The notes beneath the pieces were generated by a model, which made no database searches, was not told the DNA's origin, and was given only the letters and a program-made list of their open reading frames with translations. Positions 1 to 10,300 of a stretch of DNA of 64,000 nucleotides are shown here, piece by piece (within the stretch, counting starts at the first letter, position 1; each line of letters begins with the position of its first letter). Position numbers and translations under genes: made by a program. Where the stretch lies: positions 133,493,741 to 133,557,740 of the forward strand of contig CM041465.1 of assembly GCA_023213395.1 (NCBI GenBank), in the 5' to 3' direction. This stretch comes from Cycas panzhihuaensis. Taxonomy: Eukaryota; Plantae; Cycadophyta.

Positions 1-66
1 CCCAAGGAACATGCCCAAGGGCAAAAAGGCCATGTAGTCCCTTTTTTATTTATATCCATTTCTATT

Positions 67-105
<39 letters not shown>

Positions 106-120
106 TTGGGGGGGGGTGGG
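67..120. repeat. Compound microsatellite (TA)n(TG)13 followed by a G-run
   Basis: Directly visible: tatatata, then tg repeats 75-100, then a G-rich run 108-120. Confidence 0.95.
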
Positions 121-579
121 TGTTAATACAACTTAGCATTAAACCTTTAACCTTTTATAATATTAATGTGCACAAGACCTACACCTGAGAGTAAAAGATA
201 ATATTAAGCAAAAGGATATACTTGATACCTTAATGAGGAAACAAGAGGGTAGCAATACTTATAAACTTGACAACTCCTCATCAAATGAGCTACTATAAAG
301 TAAAGCATAAGAGGGAAGGGCTAATAGTATACCACCAACCCTCAATTGGGGAGTCCCTAATATGGTCATCAAAAAGTATTACTGATGAAGGGGAAGGAAC
401 TATCATGTAACATGGTAGATGATATAAGGAAAAAAAGATCCTCACCTAAGAAGTGAGAGAGGTCTCTCTCTCTCTTGTACATACCATATTCCACTTGGAC
501 ATGAAGCAAGGATAAAGGTGAAAGTCTAGGTCAAATAAGGGATTAAAGAGTTGTATATAACACACAAGTATAATGCATA

Positions 580-582
<3 letters not shown>

Positions 583-614
<32 letters not shown>
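583..614. repeat. (AT)16 microsatellite
   Basis: Directly visible. Confidence 0.95.
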
Positions 615-617
<3 letters not shown>

Positions 618-2900
618 CATTTAATTTTCATGCAAGAAACACCCAAGCTTAGACTAAGTGCACACTTAAGACCTTACAAGTTTAGAGGCCCATAACAAGT
701 GTGACCCCTTTACCCTCTTTAGTCTTCCTAATCAAGCATGATTGTGTGATGCAAAGGGCCTTATTTTATCCATTTTCCTTTAGTTCCTTAGTTAAGACTA
801 CATGCAAAGAGAAGAGAGTAAAGGAAAGTAAGCTATTATTATACATGCACAATTAGGCTAGAAGTAAGAACTTCTTCTATCCCTTTAATCTTTTCCTTTT
901 ATTATTATTTTTTTTTAGGGAATAAAGGGAGAAAAAGAAAACTTATTCATTCCCCTCTCTCTCTTTATCCTTTTCAAAATAAAAAATAAGTATTAATAAA
1001 AAGGGGAAAGAGGAAGGAAGAAATTCTTCTCTCTCTATTTATTTTAATTTTCTTAAAGTAAGTAAAGGGAGATAAAGGAAGAAAACTTGTCTTCTCTTTT
1101 TCTTTTCATAAAATAAATAGTGCAAAAGAAAGTTTTTCTGTCTTGCTTCTATTTTATTCTTTCTTTTTTTAAGAAAAAAAATAAAGGTAAAAGTGGAAGG
1201 CAAAAGAGGTGTACCTAAGATGTTCTTATAGTCTTAATGATTAACCATTCTTTTCTCTAATAGTTCTCTCCCACACATGTTTGGCTTGATGGGTGAGAGC
1301 TGAAAATACCATTCAAAAGAGCACATATAATATACAAAATAGATCTATATAAAATTTAATAACATTTCTACTTTCTAAATAGAGTTATGATGTAAAAACA
1401 CTTACTATAATTCTTTAAATGTGCTAGAAATTAATGAAAAGGGGGAGTTTAAGAGGTAATACCTTTAAAGATAATACCAAAACAAATTGGTAGAGTCTCC
1501 CCTACACTATAGGTAGTTTCCAATCTCAATGTGTTGGTATGTATACCACTAAATAATTTTAGGTGAATTTTGGTAGTCTAATAATTAAACAAATCACATT
1601 ACGATCAAAAAAAAATCTTAAAAGATTAAAATTACTAAAGGTTAATTTAAAATATAACTTGAAATAAATATACCTATGGTACCTCATGAAAAAATTTTAG
1701 TACAGTCTCCCATGCCATGTAGATGCCTTTTAGGTTTAGGAGGAGAGGAGAAAAAGATAGAAAAGAGGAAGGGAAGGAAAGAAGAAGCTCTAAACTCCAT
1801 GCTCTCAACACCCATAAATAAGAGTCTTCAAATGCTCCTCCCACCTTTCAAGCTAGTGGAAAAAGAGCATATATACATATATTTATATATCAATAAGAAA
1901 CTAAAACTAAGAGCAATACTCAAATAAATTGAAATACTTACAAAATATGCTTAAAAAAATAGGAGGTGAGCCTTCAAAATGACAAACTTTCCACCCCCCA
2001 AGGGCCCCATAATACTAGTAATCACTCTAAGAGACTTCTTGAGCATTTCTAATGGTAGAAAGTTGGCAAAAAACATGTAGTAAGGAGGAAAACTTAATGA
2101 AAGTAATAACAAATTACATGAGTAATATAAGCATGATATGGCATGTGACTCATGAGCAACAATCACATAGTGAGAATGAGTTAAATTTTGGTAGCATTTT
2201 AGCAACATAACATTCCAAGTTTTTTCCCCTTCCACATGGAAAGTGGAGGGTATAAATAGATTTGCCAAGGGAATCCCTTCATGGATTTGAGGCTTCTAAT
2301 TTCCATGAAACTATGAGCAAAAATAATGAACACTTGCTCCATGGATTTGAATGAGTATAAAATCCAAGGTAGATGAGTTAAGAATCAAATGCAAAACCAT
2401 GGATTAAAGAGTGATTTTTAGGGAGTTGTAAAGGGCTAAGAACCTAAAACAATAAATTTGAGTACAACAAACTATAGGGAACATTCAATTTTGGTGGTTT
2501 AAGAAGCAAAAGATGAGTTTTTTTTTTAAGAAATCACTAGCCATGATTTTATAACAAGTTAATACTACTTCATTATATAAAATAAAATAGGACAAGCTGC
2601 CCTATTGAGATTTTCTCAATGGTACATGGTTGTCCCATTAAAAAATTGGCAATGATGTGGGAGGAACCATGTCATAAATTTTACAATGGGTCAAGCATGT
2701 CCCATTATAAAAAATAGAATTGGTTAAGGAAATATAATAAGGCATAATAAAAGTGATTGAAAAAAGAATTGAAGTCCAAATATCATTAGTGAATAATGGT
2801 AAAAGTGGATAATAATCATAAGAAAAGGCTAGAATTATTGTAAAAGATTCTTAGGAGTGTTTCCAAATATGTGAGACCTAGGTGAACAAGCAATATGATG
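600..2900 (-). mobile_element. Decayed large Tat/Ogre-like LTR region (boundaries uncertain)
   Basis: Patchy similarity to the LTRs at 39601-40182 and 44678-46845: cttacaagtttagaggcccataacaagtgtgacccctt ~673 vs cccataagtttagggacttgcaactatgtggtccttt ~39941, and aaaattttaataacatttctact ~1350 vs aaaatctgacaacatttctgct ~45488. Same minus-strand TATA then splice-donor layout. Termini and TSD not found. Confidence 0.45.
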
Positions 2901-3005
2901 ACACTAACCATGGTCAAAATATTCCTAGGCTATAAAAATAAATACACACATCATAAGCACACCCATCATCACATCATAAGTAGCATCAAGTAGCACATGC
3001 AAATA

Positions 3006-5081
3006 TATTACGATCCTCCACCATATGATGTTTCTCTTCTTATAATTTATCTCATATGCATAAGTCTAAGAGATGGGTAGCCTTAATAGCCCCATATATA
3101 TATATGAGTGGGATGACAATTATGTAATTATGTATTTATAATCTTATGTTAATGAAGGTTCTTTAGAACTTCATCTCATTCTTTGTCTTTTGTCTATCAT
3201 TTTCTATTTCTATTTTCTTTATGTCGAATAGTTATAAGAATTCGTTCGTTATAATTAGTATTAAAGCAGTGATCTTTGAGGTGTCATCAAGGGTTTGAAA
3301 GCATATTCAAGAGAATAATCATTAAAAATTCTAAAAATTAATGGAAAATTTGAGATGAAATTGCCCATTCTATAAATTTTGAGTGGTTGCACTATAGATT
3401 TTGGGGTGGAAGTATAAAAATTATAACAAAATCAATTTTGGCCTATTTTTTTTCTATCACTATATTTTTTAGATAGATTTGTAACCTTAACTTAAAAGAG
3501 CCATAACTTTTACTACAAGTATCCAAATTACCTTAATTTATTTTTTATTATATGTATTTTTTAATTTACTTTCCAACAGAAGTGGTTTGAGGTTAATCAG
3601 AGTTCATAGTAGAAAGTTATTAGCATTTTATCAGTGAGTACTATTGCAGCCCATAAAAACCCTTATAGTGAAAACCTTAAAAGGGGCATACCTTTTTATC
3701 TAGATATCAGAATTCAATTTTGTTTATACCATTAGAATTGTATTTCAAAGGCCATCATCTTAGTCCATATTTTATATATTTTTGAGTTATATTTTTTTTT
3801 AGAAATAAACTTTTTGAAATTAAGGGTTTCATACTATATTTTCTTAGCCATTCAAACCTTGGTCTTAAAACCATTGCTCATGAGGCCCAATATATATATT
3901 TTTTATATCAAAATTTTGGGATAACATGTTATAGACACCTTTAACATCTCCTATATCCACATTATCATGGCTACAAAAAGGCCCGCACTGTGCATATTTA
4001 ATGGAGATGGGACCTTTTCTATAAATGGTTGGGCTAAAGATATACGTATATATTTAAAATCACTTAATGATAATTACATGTATAACCAAGAGATGATTAA
4101 AGTAGCCTTATTATTTCTACAAGGAGAGGCTTATAGTTGGTTTAAGGAGTGGTATAGATCTAGTTCATTAAATTTAGTTTACTAGCTAACATTAGATATG
4201 TTTGGAAAGTATAATAAATCTTGGAGGAAAGAGATGCAAAGCTATGCTCAATACAAACAAGAAGCTTGTCAAATTCTTAAGAAGTATAAGCAAAAGTTAG
4301 GACAAGGAATTCTCCCAACTCCATAAAGTCAAGAAGAGAAAAAAGATGATGATGGAGAAAAGGAAGCTATTTGCCACCCCACACCACTAGTTGCACCCAA
4401 GAACAAGGAAGAAAAGGAATGTCAAGATTAAGTAACAGAAGTTGTTTTCCACCCCACGCCACTAGTTGCACCCAAGGACAAGGAAGAAAAGACATTACCA
4501 ATGGTTGAAAAATAAGTTAAAGTGCAACCATATTAGCATCCACATTATCAAGAGACCTAGCACAACAAAACTTATCAGGTAAGGCATTCATCAACTTTAA
4601 ATACCAGGCAAGCACAACATTTGAGCTTAAGGTTTCAACAGTATAGATATCCATAATATACTAGAGGACATCCAGGGTGTATTAAAATCAACTTAGGATG
4701 GATAGATCCCCATTCCATATATAAATTTTCTAATGACCTTTGTAAGAGCTACCAATCGGATAATAATAAAAGGAGGTGGTCACTTGTATCATTGACTTAG
4801 GATGCTTTGAGGGAAAAGCATTTTAGGGGGGAGGGCATGTTACGATCCTCCACCATATGATGTTTCTCTTCTTATACTTTATCTCACATACATAAGTCTA
4901 AGAGATGAGTACCCTTAATAGCCCCATATATATGAGTGGGATGACAATTATGTAATTATGTATTTGTAATCTTATGTTAATAAAGGTTCTTTAGAACTTC
5001 ATCTCATTCTTTATCTTTTATCTATCATTTTCTATTTCTATTTTCTCTATATTGAATGGTTACAAGAATCAGTTCGTTACA
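3006..5081 (+). mobile_element. Complete non-autonomous gag-only LTR retrotransposon (TR-GAG-like, Ty3/gypsy-derived)
   Basis: LTRs 3006-3253 and 4838-5081 (about 18 substitutions plus one 4-bp indel by hand count). Perfect TSD AAATA (3001-3005, 5082-5086). Degenerate iMet PBS tagtattaaagc at ~3256-3267. PPT aggggggagggca at 4825-4837. The only recognisable coding domain is gag. Confidence 0.92.
3967..4800 (+). pseudogene. gag: Ty3/gypsy-type gag pseudogene with a Pro/Gln/Lys-rich C-terminal extension
   Basis: ORF 3967-4185 has the retrotransposon gag pattern F.G...W.....Y...VALLFLQGEAYSWF. The same frame continues to 4800 through TAA/TAG stops consistent with CAA/CAG/TGG decay. Confidence 0.8.
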
Positions 5082-5169
5082 AAATATATGTACATAAGAA
5101 ATAAAAATTAAATTAAATTAAGAGTAGTAGATGCATACTTAACTTACCTATATGGTTGATGAATGCTTG

Positions 5170-7060
5170 ATTCCTAGATAATAGGAAACATATAGCTTCC
5201 TAATAGACTTTCAAGAGAATGGGACTAGTAAAATCCCATATGGATTTATAAAATTCATAAGGGAAGCCATCTAGGCTAGGAGATTTTTCATCAGTTATTT
5301 AATATAAGGCTTTTAATAGTTCCTCTATCCTAATAGAAACATCACAAATTATATACCATAACTCATAAAGCTTTCTTAGAATAATATTAAGGCATGTATC
5401 TAAGATATCATTTAAGTCTAAAGAGGGAGGTTGATCTCTAAATACCCATGTATAATAATTAACTAGCTCTTAAAAAATGTCTTAAGCTTTTAAAATCCTA
5501 CTCATTATGACTTTAAGGGCCATTATTGTTCGAGTTAATCATCATCACTCCACTCCTACCTTTTCAACCAGGATTGTACACCTCATCAACTTCAATTTAG
5601 ACATGTGATGTTTAACATGTTAAGATAAGTTAAGGTAAGTTTAACTTTGATTTATATTAAGTTGAGTTAGTTTCATTTGAGTTAAGTTAATATTATTTTA
5701 TTATTATTTTGAATTCAGGGGTTGAGGAGTTTCCTTCCTCCCCTAAATTATAAATATTGAGGGGTGTGCAACCCTAGTGTCTTTAGACACTGCCCTTATT
5801 TTAGAAATTTGTATTACTCTTCTCACAATGGCTTGGATATAATACTTTCATGTGTTTATGCTATCATGCTACATTGATCTATTGATGATTTATGATTTGT
5901 ATTGATCTATTGAAGATTATTCTATGTTCTGCCCTGTTCTCCTGCAAAATATTTTTCTTACAATTATTTTTTCACTAACTTGTTTCTTTCTAGAAAGAGT
6001 AGAATAAATACTTAGAGCAATGGTTTCCTTCCCTTATCCAATGAAGCCTTTTCCTAATCCTAGCTCCCTTAGATTTCCTAATTCTAAAATATTTAAGAGT
6101 ATAACCTAAGGTAGTGTATTCTTCTATAAGGTTTCATTAAAAGATTTGTATTCCAAAGCTAGCCTAAGTGAAGCTAATCTCCTTGAATCATAATGACCTA
6201 CCCTTCTTTAGATAGTTTCCACCTACTTACTAACAAATAAGGTAGTATGGCCTATTTCTTCTTCCCATCAAATTATCTAATCTCTATCACCCTGAGGTAG
6301 GGATGTAAGTGCCATATTTATCTAGTTATAGATATATACAACTTCTAATTAATATAAACCCCCAAACTATGGCAAAGGTGATGGTGTGATGATCAAATAA
6401 TAGGGTATTATTAAGCATCCTAATTAATGTAGTATGTTCATCTAAGATATTAAACTAATTATTAATGGAAATTTTATTCTTATAAATATCTTTTAAGAGT
6501 TTTTCCCTTTTGGGCCTAAACTTAGATTGTGTGAACTAAGAATTATGCCCTTCCCCTTTTCTTAAAGTATTTTAGTTATATATATCAAATTTATTCTTAA
6601 AGATTAACCCATCAACCCTTTCCTTATAATGCCATATAAAGGATTTACCCTTCATTTTGTTAATGGTTTCTTCAATCATATTAAAAAATGGCAAATAACC
6701 TATAAGGTATTTAGAAGACTGGAACTAAGCCATAACCATAGAGAGGCTCCTTCTTTAGGGGCATTGGGATCATATACATTAATAATTCCTAGTAATAAAT
6801 TTTTAATTCTTGAGATAACCCATAAACATCTATGTTATGGGCTTGATCCGTGAAAAAGAATATTATTTATCAAAGAGGATTTTATAAGGGTAAGAGAACC
6901 ACCCTACCCATTAGTATGGGATATCTAGAAGGGGATTACCCTACTCCAAATATAAGAAGTTGCAAATTTTATCTTACTACTAGAACACTTGTTTTCTTAA
7001 ACACACAATATACATAAAAGAGATATTGCTTCAAAATTATTAATAGCTTTAAAAACTTAA
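5170..7060 (-). pseudogene. L1-type LINE ORF2 fragment (APE endonuclease, linker and start of RT)
   Basis: Minus-strand translation gives IINVYDPNAPKEGASLWLWL and FNMIE (endonuclease), LFDHHTI (SDH motif) ~6385, LHWIREGNHCSKYF (W..EGD.NTKFF) ~6030, and EELLKAL..KSPSLDGFPYEFYKSIWDF (RT domain 0) ~5240-5330. Many stops; truncated. Confidence 0.85.
5618..5962 (+). mobile_element. Probable solo LTR interrupting the LINE
   Basis: Starts tgttaaga and ends tcttaca (near-inverted termini); TATA tataaata ~5749; interrupts the LINE ORF2 linker. No convincing TSD. Confidence 0.45.
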
Positions 7061-7687
7061 CATCTTTCTCTAAATAAAAAATTTCAACACTTCAAATGAC
7101 TTGCTATATTTTCAAAAATTTTCAAAATATTTTGCCCTAAAAATATTAGTTGTAATATGCACTAAAAAACTTGGTACTATAAAAAAAAATGACTCTAAAA
7201 ATTTGTGAGAAAAACTTAGGCTCTAATATTCTCCAAGATCAAACTATTAGATTAAATAATGTAAACTTTATGTTTTATTATGTTTCATAAGGTTATTATT
7301 TAGTCACATGTCTTAAAAATTATTTAAGTGATTGTAATGTTATAAACTTATGTTTAATATTAATTGATTTGTGGATGGTCATTGAAATGCAGAACCACAT
7401 TCCAATGAACCTCTGTCCTATTTATTAATCTTCTAGATTCATGGAATTAGTTCCAGGAATCTAGGAGGCCTGTCCAAATGCCTGACCAAAGGCTGTTTTA
7501 GGGGGTTTATAGTTTTGTATATTGGTTTTCATTTATTTATTAATAAAAACTTAGATTAGGAGGTGGTTTTTCTTCCCTGGAAGGGGTTTTCCACCTATCA
7601 ACCCTGTGTATATGTGCATTATCTCTTTATTTTGTTTCTCTTATATTCCTGTGATATTTTGACTGTGTACATGTGCCTATTCTATCA

Positions 7688-7699
7688 TGGTATCAGAGT
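7688..7699 (+). promoter_or_regulatory. Primer-binding site complementary to initiator tRNA-Met
   Basis: TGGTATCAGAG immediately after the LTR end ...tatca; the canonical plant iMet PBS. Confidence 0.93.
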
Positions 7700-8777
7700 T
7701 ATCTTCATAGTTAGCTAGGGAGATCCCACATGCAGATCAAAACTCAGGAAACAAAATAAGTGATAAACCTTTGGGGCTGTACTGCATTTCCTATTGAATC
7801 CTACTACAACATTAGAATTGCTGCACTTCGTTAGCACTTTGAATAATAGAAAAGGAGTCTAAATATGAGGAATCATGCCTGCACTTGGGCATCCAATTTT
7901 TTGAACAAATATTCTTTAAAGAGCCAATGCTATCTTAGCTTCTGAATCCTCTTTACTTCACTGTCCCTGTGCTCATGGCTCTGTTGGCTGATAGGAAGAC
8001 TACCTGTATCATGAGAAAATGAATACTCCTCTTTGTAATTCAACTCCAAATTACTACGTTCTTATAGCCCATAGTTGGGGTTTTAATCCCTATTGTCTGG
8101 GCTTATGTCTCTGCTGACTGGTAGGATTACTACCCTCATGGGAAAATGTAGAATCTCCATTTTTTTTATAGCTTTCCTGCCCATTTTTGGGACTTTCCTA
8201 ACTGATACTTGCAAGACTGCTAGTATCCTGAGAATTGAGGTTATGATTATATTCATGAGGAGTAGCCATCGCTATTAACCCTCAACCAAAAAATTAGGTT
8301 AACGGTCTACGGTAATATTGTTTAGGTCGTGATATCTCTGCATCTTTGTATCACGTTGGGTTGTCTTTCTAACATCTTCTTCAAGATCCTACTTGGATGA
8401 ACCCCTCCTAGTTGAACAAGGAAAGCACAGATGAGCTTGTACTCTTGTGTACCCTTGGACTTACATTTGCTAAAGAACTAGCCACCAAGACCAGGCAAAT
8501 GCAGGTGATGATTAATAAGAGGAAGAAAAGATGAATGAAGTCCTGTAGCCAGAGATTGATCCTCGTCTCACCGCCATAAACTAGAGAGAGTCGACGCTGT
8601 CACTCCACCGAACCTATAGAAACCCTCGCTACCACCATGGGGAGAACAAGAAAATGAGGTAGGGTTTCCTCGTTTTTACCCCCTGGACCCCAATTCAAAT
8701 TAAGATTTAATTTTGTATTACAAAATTGGAATTTCTGTTAGGTCTGCGTACTCAATTTTTTATTTTTCTTATTTATG

Positions 8778-8778
<1 letters not shown>

Positions 8779-8844
<66 letters not shown>
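8779..8844. repeat. (TA)33 microsatellite in the copia A leader
   Basis: Directly visible. Confidence 0.95.
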
Positions 8845-8845
<1 letters not shown>

Positions 8846-8849
8846 CTTA

Positions 8850-10090
8850 AGTTAATACCTTAAACCTTAGATTTTAATAATAAAATCTAGACCTTAATTT
8901 AATCAATACCCCCCTTAAGCTTTATAAAGTTTAATTTAATACCTTGTACCTTGATTTTAAATCAGACCCCCCCCCTATTACACACCTTTTTTTTTACAAC
9001 ACTTTATAAATTAATCAAAACCTCTTTTTTTTATCACATTCTTTCTTTATCAAGCCCCCCCTATTATAATATTTTTTGATTTAATAAAACACTATCCCCC
9101 CTTTTGTTTTTATACTTTGATATAAATCAAATGCACCTCCCCCCCCTTAAACACATTTTTATTAAAACAAACTCCTTCCCCCTTTATAATACCTTTATTA
9201 AAATAAATTTATATACCCCTCAATAACACCCCTCTTTTATCACTTTGTTATTTAATCAAATCAAATCCCCCCTTAATTACATTTTTATTAAATCAAATAA
9301 CCTCCCTTACATTTTATTCTTAACTTTTTTTAATGTTAAAATTAACCCTTCTCCTCTACAATACTTTAATGATAAAACATTAGCCCCCTTTTTCTTTCAA
9401 AGATTCTTTGATGAAACATAAGCTCACCCCCCCTCTCTTTTTTCTTATTATGTTTGTTTTTTGAATTTTGTATTGTATACTTGATTTAAATCAAATATAA
9501 TTTCTTTTCTTTTTTTTTTTTTTCTATTATGCCTTGATTCTAAGTAAATCTATACCCTTCTATTACTCTTTAATCATTAAAATTAACTCTTTGATTACTA
9601 CATTTTAATGCTAAAAATTATTTCAAATTAACATAGTTAATTTTAAGAAAATTAAATTTAACCTTTTACTTATTATATTTAATCAAATCCATTCCTTTTA
9701 TTATACTCTTTTTTTACATTTATTATTATTTCTCTCTAACACTTCATTATTAATTTTTAAATTAACCTTTTCTTTCCTTTCACACTTAATCTATAGAGTT
9801 GAATTATGCCATTTAATCTTTAAAATTACATATCTATTTCTTAAAAATAAAAAGAGAAATTAAATACTTTAGTTACAAAAATATTTTTTAAGTAAAACAC
9901 TTACTTTGTTAAGGGGAATTATTTATTTTTTAAGAGGGATTTTTTATTTTGAAGGGAGATAGTTTCTTTTTATCAAGGGGATTGTTTATTAAACAAGGAC
10001 TTATTTATTCAAAGTAAAGAGGGACTATTTTTTCTAAGGGGGACTATTTCTCTAAGGGGGACTACTTTTCTAAAAGAACTATTTTTCAAA
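8850..10090. repeat. Degenerate C-tract repeats followed by degenerate G-tract repeats in the copia A leader
   Basis: Recurring aatcaaa-Cn-tta units at ~8900-9450; recurring aagggggactattt-like units at ~9910-10085. Confidence 0.7.
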
Positions 10091-10300
10091 AATGACTGCT
10101 TAAAGAATTATTTTTAAGAAGTTGTTTGTTTATTTCTATTTAAAAACACGTGATTCTTTTTATCTTAAAATTAAATAATGCATACTAAGATGTCTTTGTG
10201 AATTAGATCTGTTAATAAGATTAGTACTTTCACTAGGTAATTATTTTTTCAGTCACCTTCATAACTTTTCAATCTACAAATAAACCTCAACACTCCTAAT

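Noticed and set aside
1676-2268. ORFs 1676-1927 (+) and 1951-2268 (-)
   Set aside because: Low-complexity translations inside LTR-like DNA with no recognisable domain.
5575-5770. Imperfect inverted repeat tgtacacctcatca / tgaggggtgtgca suggesting a MITE
   Set aside because: The left arm appears to lie in LINE sequence and the right arm inside the putative solo LTR; no TSD; likely chance.
7688-7699. tRNA gene
   Set aside because: Only the short complement of the tRNA 3' end (a PBS); no cloverleaf or A/B boxes.
8093-8278. Plus-strand ORF MSGLMSLL...
   Set aside because: Non-ATG start and no motif; the repeat structure reads more coherently on the opposite strand.
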